From: an uncultured Enterobacteriaceae bacterium
GTDB lineage: Bacteria > Pseudomonadota > Gammaproteobacteria > Eutrophobiales > Eutrophobiaceae
Assembly: GCA_964639535.1 (NCBI GenBank)
Contig: CAZXDV010000001.1
Coordinates: 1-40,925, forward strand
DNA length: 40,925 bases
Direction: 5' to 3'
Below, in pieces: positions 37,163 through 40,925 of this stretch; the first letter of the stretch is position 1; the number at the start of each line of letters is the position of its first letter. The notes beneath the pieces are model-generated. The model saw only the letters and a list, made by a program, of their open reading frames with translations, was not told where the DNA came from and searched no databases. Made by a program: the position numbers and the translations under genes.

Positions 37163-38365
37163 TTACCAGAGGAGGAATCCACCGATAGAGAATACGTCAT
37201 GCTCAGCAGGACCGAAAACAGCAGCTTCGGTGTCGGCTTCGCCGTATTCAGCAATCACTTTCAACCAGGAGTTAACATCGTGGTAAACACCAACGGTCCA
37301 CAGGGAGTTGGTTACCTTTGAGCCACCAGCAGGTGTTTCGGTGGACTCACCGAAGCTGATGCCAACCTTGGTTTTACCATTAAAGGTGTAAGCACCCTGA
37401 ATGATGAAGCCGTCGTTGTCAGACTCTGCACAGGCAGTAGCGGAACAACCTGCGTCACCAGCACCGCTGATGTTGAACAGGTGAGTACCCAGGGCTTCAC
37501 CATCATAGTAAGTACCCATGACGTTGAAACCACCGAAGTTCAGGTCAGCACCGATGTTCCAGCCAAAAGACTCGGAGTCATCAGTTCCACCACCGGTAAG
37601 AGCAATTTCCTGTTCCTGCCAGAGAAAGCTGGTCCAGACATGGAAGTTACCGCCTTCCATTTCGCCACGATAGTTCAATTCAGCCTGGAACTGAGGAGAG
37701 TCGGTTTCTGACGCGCCAACAGCGGAACCCAGAGGCTCCTGTGGGTCAAAGATACCAACTTCAAGGTCAAAACCGTTGATCGTTGGGGTCTTGTAGGTGA
37801 AGCGGGTACGGAAGTCAGGATAAACATAACCATAACCGATTCGACCCAGGGTGGTACCACCACCGTCCGGGCTGCCCATGGCACCCACACCGAACAGGGT
37901 GTAATCCTTCAGAATGGCATGGCGGTTGAACAGGGCCAGCGTGTTACCAACACTGATGGTACCGAAGTCACCTTCGACGTTGAAGAAAACTTCACGCATA
38001 TCGATTCGGGAGCTGGTACCTGCAACGCCTGATTTGTTCAGACGACCACCCTTTTCACCGGATGAGTCAGGAGCAAATGTAATCTGGGCTGTACCTTTAA
38101 GACCATTAATTTCCGGGGTCTTAACAGTCATGGTATGGAATGCCGGCAACAGGCCCTCGTTGAGGTGAGCACTGTCTTCAGTAACGCCACTGGCATATTC
38201 CCAGTCAGATTGGGTGTAGAACAGGTTTACGAAGCCGCCGTAGCTGACTTCCCAACCGTCCTCTCCACCAAGAACGATAGCTGCGTTTGCAGGTGCGCTC
38301 AGTGTAGCTGCAAGAGCAGTACCACCGATTGCTGCAACGAGCTTTGTTTTATTTAAATATTTCAT
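37163..38365 (-). CDS. Outer-membrane porin (Gram-negative general porin family)
   Basis: Signal peptide MKYLNKTKLVAAIGGTALAATLSAPANA, alternating beta-strand pattern rich in Gly/aromatic residues, and a C-terminal aromatic residue (..GGFLLW). AGGAGG SD. The first of two ATGs (38368) is too close to the SD, so 38365 is preferred. Confidence 0.85.
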   Translation of the reverse strand: MKYLNKTKLVAAIGGTALAATLSAPANAAIVLGGEDGWEVSYGGFVNLFYTQSDWEYASGVTEDSAHLNEGLLPAFHTMTVKTPEINGLKGTAQITFAPDSSGEKGGRLNKSGVAGTSSRIDMREVFFNVEGDFGTISVGNTLALFNRHAILKDYTLFGVGAMGSPDGGGTTLGRIGYGYVYPDFRTRFTYKTPTINGFDLEVGIFDPQEPLGSAVGASETDSPQFQAELNYRGEMEGGNFHVWTSFLWQEQEIALTGGGTDDSESFGWNIGADLNFGGFNVMGTYYDGEALGTHLFNISGAGDAGCSATACAESDNDGFIIQGAYTFNGKTKVGISFGESTETPAGGSKVTNSLWTVGVYHDVNSWLKVIAEYGEADTEAAVFGPAEHDVFSIGGFLLW

Positions 38366-38782
38366 CATTTCCTCCTAAAGAAAGACGCAATTATTACTTA
38401 AGGCTCTAGAGTTTAAGTTCGGCCTCCCCAGCCTGACTCCTCCCCCTTCAAATTCGGATGAGTCTAGTTACTGCAACAGAAGCCACCAAATCTTTTATTT
38501 ATGTCGGTCTTCTCCTCAGCAAAGACCGGCGTAAAAAGTACTATAAATTCAGGCCATTTACAAGCTTTAAGCACTATTTTGCAACAAACCCCGGCCACAC
38601 AAAAATTATGTTACTTTTTGACAACAGCCAGGCCATTCCATGCACGCTGCTATTTTAGCGATGCCCGGGCCTCGTCTTGATGTCACGCGCTTAAGTGACT
38701 GTTATTTATCGATAATTTTTCTTTATTCGCTGCGCGGTACAAGTAATATCGATATAGCAGGCGGGTATCGACATTTGTTTAC

Positions 38783-39070
38783 CTAGCCGCCCCCCTTCTG
38801 GTAGGCGAGGTCAAAGCGGGCTATGAACCGGCCCGCTTCTGCATCATTGAACCCCAATAATTCAATTTCAACCTCTGTTCGTGGGAACTTGACACTCGCC
38901 AGCTGCCGAACCCCTTCGTCGGAAATCCTGATATAAACCTGTTTCTCTCCATCGATCACGGTGACCTCTTTGCCGCTTACCGAGTACTCCAGGCCGTTCA
39001 ATGCCCGCGGTAAAAGCCTGAAAAAATCCTTGTGCGTGATAGTCATATCACGGGATTGCCTAAATGCCAT
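38783..39070 (-). CDS. Small hypothetical protein ending in GGG, last gene of the AOR-type operon (AorE-like position)
   Basis: 95-aa ORF co-directional with the MoaD-like gene and 24 nt downstream of it. I recognise no motif. The C-terminus is ..AYQKGGG. Confidence 0.55.
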   Translation of the reverse strand: MAFRQSRDMTITHKDFFRLLPRALNGLEYSVSGKEVTVIDGEKQVYIRISDEGVRQLASVKFPRTEVEIELLGFNDAEAGRFIARFDLAYQKGGG

Positions 39071-39094
39071 GTGCGCGCAACTACCTGGATTCAG

Positions 39095-39346
39095 CTAGCC
39101 GCCTGCAACGGGGGGCCAAATAGCAAGCGTGTCACCTTCTGCAAAGCGGACAGTCGCCCTTTCTTCCGGCTGCAGGTAGACGCCATTCAGGAGAACAAGG
39201 TGAACTTCTTCTTCGGGAACATTGTAACGGTTGATGATTTCGGGGATGGCGTCAGTTTCGTCAATCTCGATGACAGCCGCGTGATTTTCGGCATACTCCG
39301 GCAGGTACCGGGTCAGGCTGGCGTACAGCTTAAAGGTCAGTTTCAT
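39095..39346 (-). CDS. MoaD/ThiS-family ubiquitin-like sulfur-carrier protein
   Basis: 83 aa. The beta-grasp-like pattern ends in the diagnostic C-terminal Gly-Gly (..GDTLAIWPPVAGG). Confidence 0.8.
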   Translation of the reverse strand: MKLTFKLYASLTRYLPEYAENHAAVIEIDETDAIPEIINRYNVPEEEVHLVLLNGVYLQPEERATVRFAEGDTLAIWPPVAGG

Positions 39347-39438
39347 GGGGAGACACGCAGGTTATTCCGCGTGAAATACCTTTCACGCGGAACAGGAAAA
39401 TAGCGATGACAGTATGTGTAGTACTCACCCAGGCGGAA

Positions 39439-40701
39439 TTAGAGAATTCCCGCGTTGTGCCCTACCGACTGGGTTGCTCCCAGGTAGGCTTCCATGATCT
39501 GTGTGGGATCTTTCATGAGGCGATCTTTCCATACGCCGAGCTTGAGCCGGGTTTGAATTAGTCCTCTAAGCACGCCCACATGCTCGGTCAGGCCGAGTGA
39601 CTGGGCGCCCACCAGCACATCATCCTCAAACTGCAGACTGAGGTAGCGAAAGCGCTCCTCGTCGGTCAGCTGCACGGAATCACCACCGTCTGTGCCCATC
39701 CAGAGTCCATAGGAAGACGAAATCAGGCCCAGCGTATCCAGTACGTTCATATTCACACTACCCTGGTGCTGAACCTTCTTGCCAGTCATATTAAGTGCAG
39801 CAATACGTCCATGATCGGCTGCTGTGGGCTGTATTGCCTGGACACTGTACTCACCGGTAGAGAAGTCCTTGCCCTGGCACACGTCACCGGCGGCATAAAC
39901 ATCTTCGTGACTGGACTGCAGGTGTTCGTTGACCAGTACACCCAGGTCTGTGTCGATACCACTACCTTCAAGGAACTGTATGTTTGAGCGGACACCCGTA
40001 GCGGATATCACTACATCAGCACTGATGGTCTCGCCGGAATCAAGCTTGACGGCGAGTTCAGAACCCGACTGCTCAATTGATTCAACCCGCGTCGATGTAT
40101 GTACATCCACACCTTTTTCAATACACCACTTCTTCAGGAGGTTGCCCGCGGTCTGGTCCATCATCCTGGGGACCATGCGATCTTCCATTTCAATCACGCT
40201 CAACTTGACGCCGCGCAGCGCCAGCGCTTCCAGCACGATGCAACCAATAAATCCTGCGCCCATCAGTACTACACGGGAACCCTTTGTGGCTTTCTCTGCA
40301 ATAGCGCGGCCATCCTCCAGCGTCCAGCAGGAATGTACGCCGTCGAGGTCCATGCCCGGAATAGGCGGCCTGATGGGGTGAGAACCGGTGGCAATGAGCA
40401 ACTTGTCAAAGGCCAGGTCACCACCATTTTGCAGGCTAAGGTTCTTCGAGCCGGTATCCACCGCGGTAACACGGTCCTGGACAACATCAATTCCCAGTCC
40501 AGCAAAATGATCCGAGGAAGAACGCAGGTAGGTGCCTTCTTCCTTGATCTTGTCAATCAGGTAGTAAGGCAGGGCCATGCGTGAATACGGTGGTTCCGGT
40601 TCATCGCCGATAAGCTTTACGGAGTCGCCCGGAGCAAATTTCCTGACGTGTTCAGCTGCAATAACGCCGGCAGGGCCGGCGCCAATGATTACATGTTGCA
40701 T
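39439..40701 (-). CDS. FAD-dependent pyridine nucleotide-disulfide oxidoreductase family protein (AorC-like NAD(P)-linked electron-transfer subunit)
   Basis: 420 aa. It has an N-terminal FAD dinucleotide fold VIIGAGPAGVIAA, a second Rossmann motif VVLMGAGFIGCI and AAGDV near the C-terminal FAD contact. A GGGAGA SD is present. It lies immediately downstream of an AOR gene. Confidence 0.85.
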   Translation of the reverse strand: MQHVIIGAGPAGVIAAEHVRKFAPGDSVKLIGDEPEPPYSRMALPYYLIDKIKEEGTYLRSSSDHFAGLGIDVVQDRVTAVDTGSKNLSLQNGGDLAFDKLLIATGSHPIRPPIPGMDLDGVHSCWTLEDGRAIAEKATKGSRVVLMGAGFIGCIVLEALALRGVKLSVIEMEDRMVPRMMDQTAGNLLKKWCIEKGVDVHTSTRVESIEQSGSELAVKLDSGETISADVVISATGVRSNIQFLEGSGIDTDLGVLVNEHLQSSHEDVYAAGDVCQGKDFSTGEYSVQAIQPTAADHGRIAALNMTGKKVQHQGSVNMNVLDTLGLISSSYGLWMGTDGGDSVQLTDEERFRYLSLQFEDDVLVGAQSLGLTEHVGVLRGLIQTRLKLGVWKDRLMKDPTQIMEAYLGATQSVGHNAGIL

Positions 40702-40716
40702 AGTGGGTTCTCCCGC

Positions 40717-40925
40717 TTAAAGGCCAAGACGTTGACGTGTCTCGTCCGTTGGTACACCGTCAGGAGACCAGCCGCGAATCTCGTAATATTTCGGCAGCAT
40801 TTCGCCCAGGTTGTTTACCTTGCCTTCAGCTGGACCGGTCTTTGCCGCATCTTTAAGTAGTCGTTCCGGCAAAGTGTCGTCTTCCGCTGTCATGCCGCGT
40901 CGCGCAGGGCGGTCTGCAGGCGCTT
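40717..40925 (-). CDS. Aldehyde:ferredoxin oxidoreductase (tungstopterin AOR family), C-terminal fragment; N-terminus outside the window
   Basis: My manual minus-strand translation reads ..PERLLKDAAKTGPAEGKVNNLGEMLPKYYEIRGWSPDGVPTDETRQRLGL*. This is the characteristic AOR-family C-terminus (..YYE.RGWD..G.PT.E.L..LGL). It is not in the ORF track because the start lies beyond the window. Confidence 0.8.
   Translation of the reverse strand, partial: APADRPARRGMTAEDDTLPERLLKDAAKTGPAEGKVNNLGEMLPKYYEIRGWSPDGVPTDETRQRLGL

Noticed and set aside
38458-38658. 66-aa plus-strand ORF in the porin upstream region
   Set aside because: It has no SD and no motif, and it lies in an AT-rich promoter or leader region of the oppositely oriented porin gene. 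It is most likely non-coding.
1-40925. CRISPR arrays, tRNA/rRNA genes, IS elements, integrases, toxin-antitoxin pairs and known phage-defence cassettes
   Set aside because: Intergenic regions are short (mostly under 150 nt). I saw no regularly spaced repeats, tRNA-like T-arm/acceptor sequences or transposase/integrase-like ORFs. The absence of an integrase also means the mobility mechanism of the microcin island is unexplained.

Overview
This window is a gammaproteobacterial chromosomal segment. Its gene order resembles Pseudomonas (aat-bpt-infA; kdsB-ycaR-lpxK-exbD-exbB-comEC; lolD plus one Lol permease; tsaB). It is densely coding, with about 45 genes, and I found no rRNA, tRNA, CRISPR array, IS element or integrase. 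Most of it is housekeeping: N-end-rule transferases, IF-1, lipid A/Kdo genes, ComEC, the Lol system, glycine cleavage gcvT-H-P with a divergent LysR regulator and sdaA, cpdA, asnS, folP, pip and a porin.

Three accessory modules stand out:

1. 10032-14770 (minus strand) is a colicin V-type (class II) microcin locus. It encodes a CvaA-like HlyD protein, a CvaB-like C39-peptidase ABC exporter, an embedded small AraC regulator, a 77-aa double-glycine-leader precursor with a Gly-rich, Cys-free, cationic 55-aa core that I do not recognise, and a 192-aa HExxH (DUF3267-like) membrane protein that I propose as the immunity candidate. The module sits between tsaB and gcvP and is my top candidate for something undescribed.

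2. 27405-34280 is an SOS mutagenesis module: an SRAP/YedK-type peptidase gene divergent from lexA-imuA-imuB-dnaE2. Tandem SOS-like boxes abut the lexA ATG. A G-quadruplex/i-motif sequence bracketed by an inverted repeat lies in an unusually long imuA-imuB spacer.

3. 38783-40925 (minus strand) is the tail of a tungsten-type aldehyde:ferredoxin oxidoreductase (AOR) operon: the AOR C-terminus, an FAD/NAD oxidoreductase subunit, a MoaD-like protein and a small GG-terminal protein.

All functional calls come from reading the translated ORFs and recognising motifs. No database searches were run.
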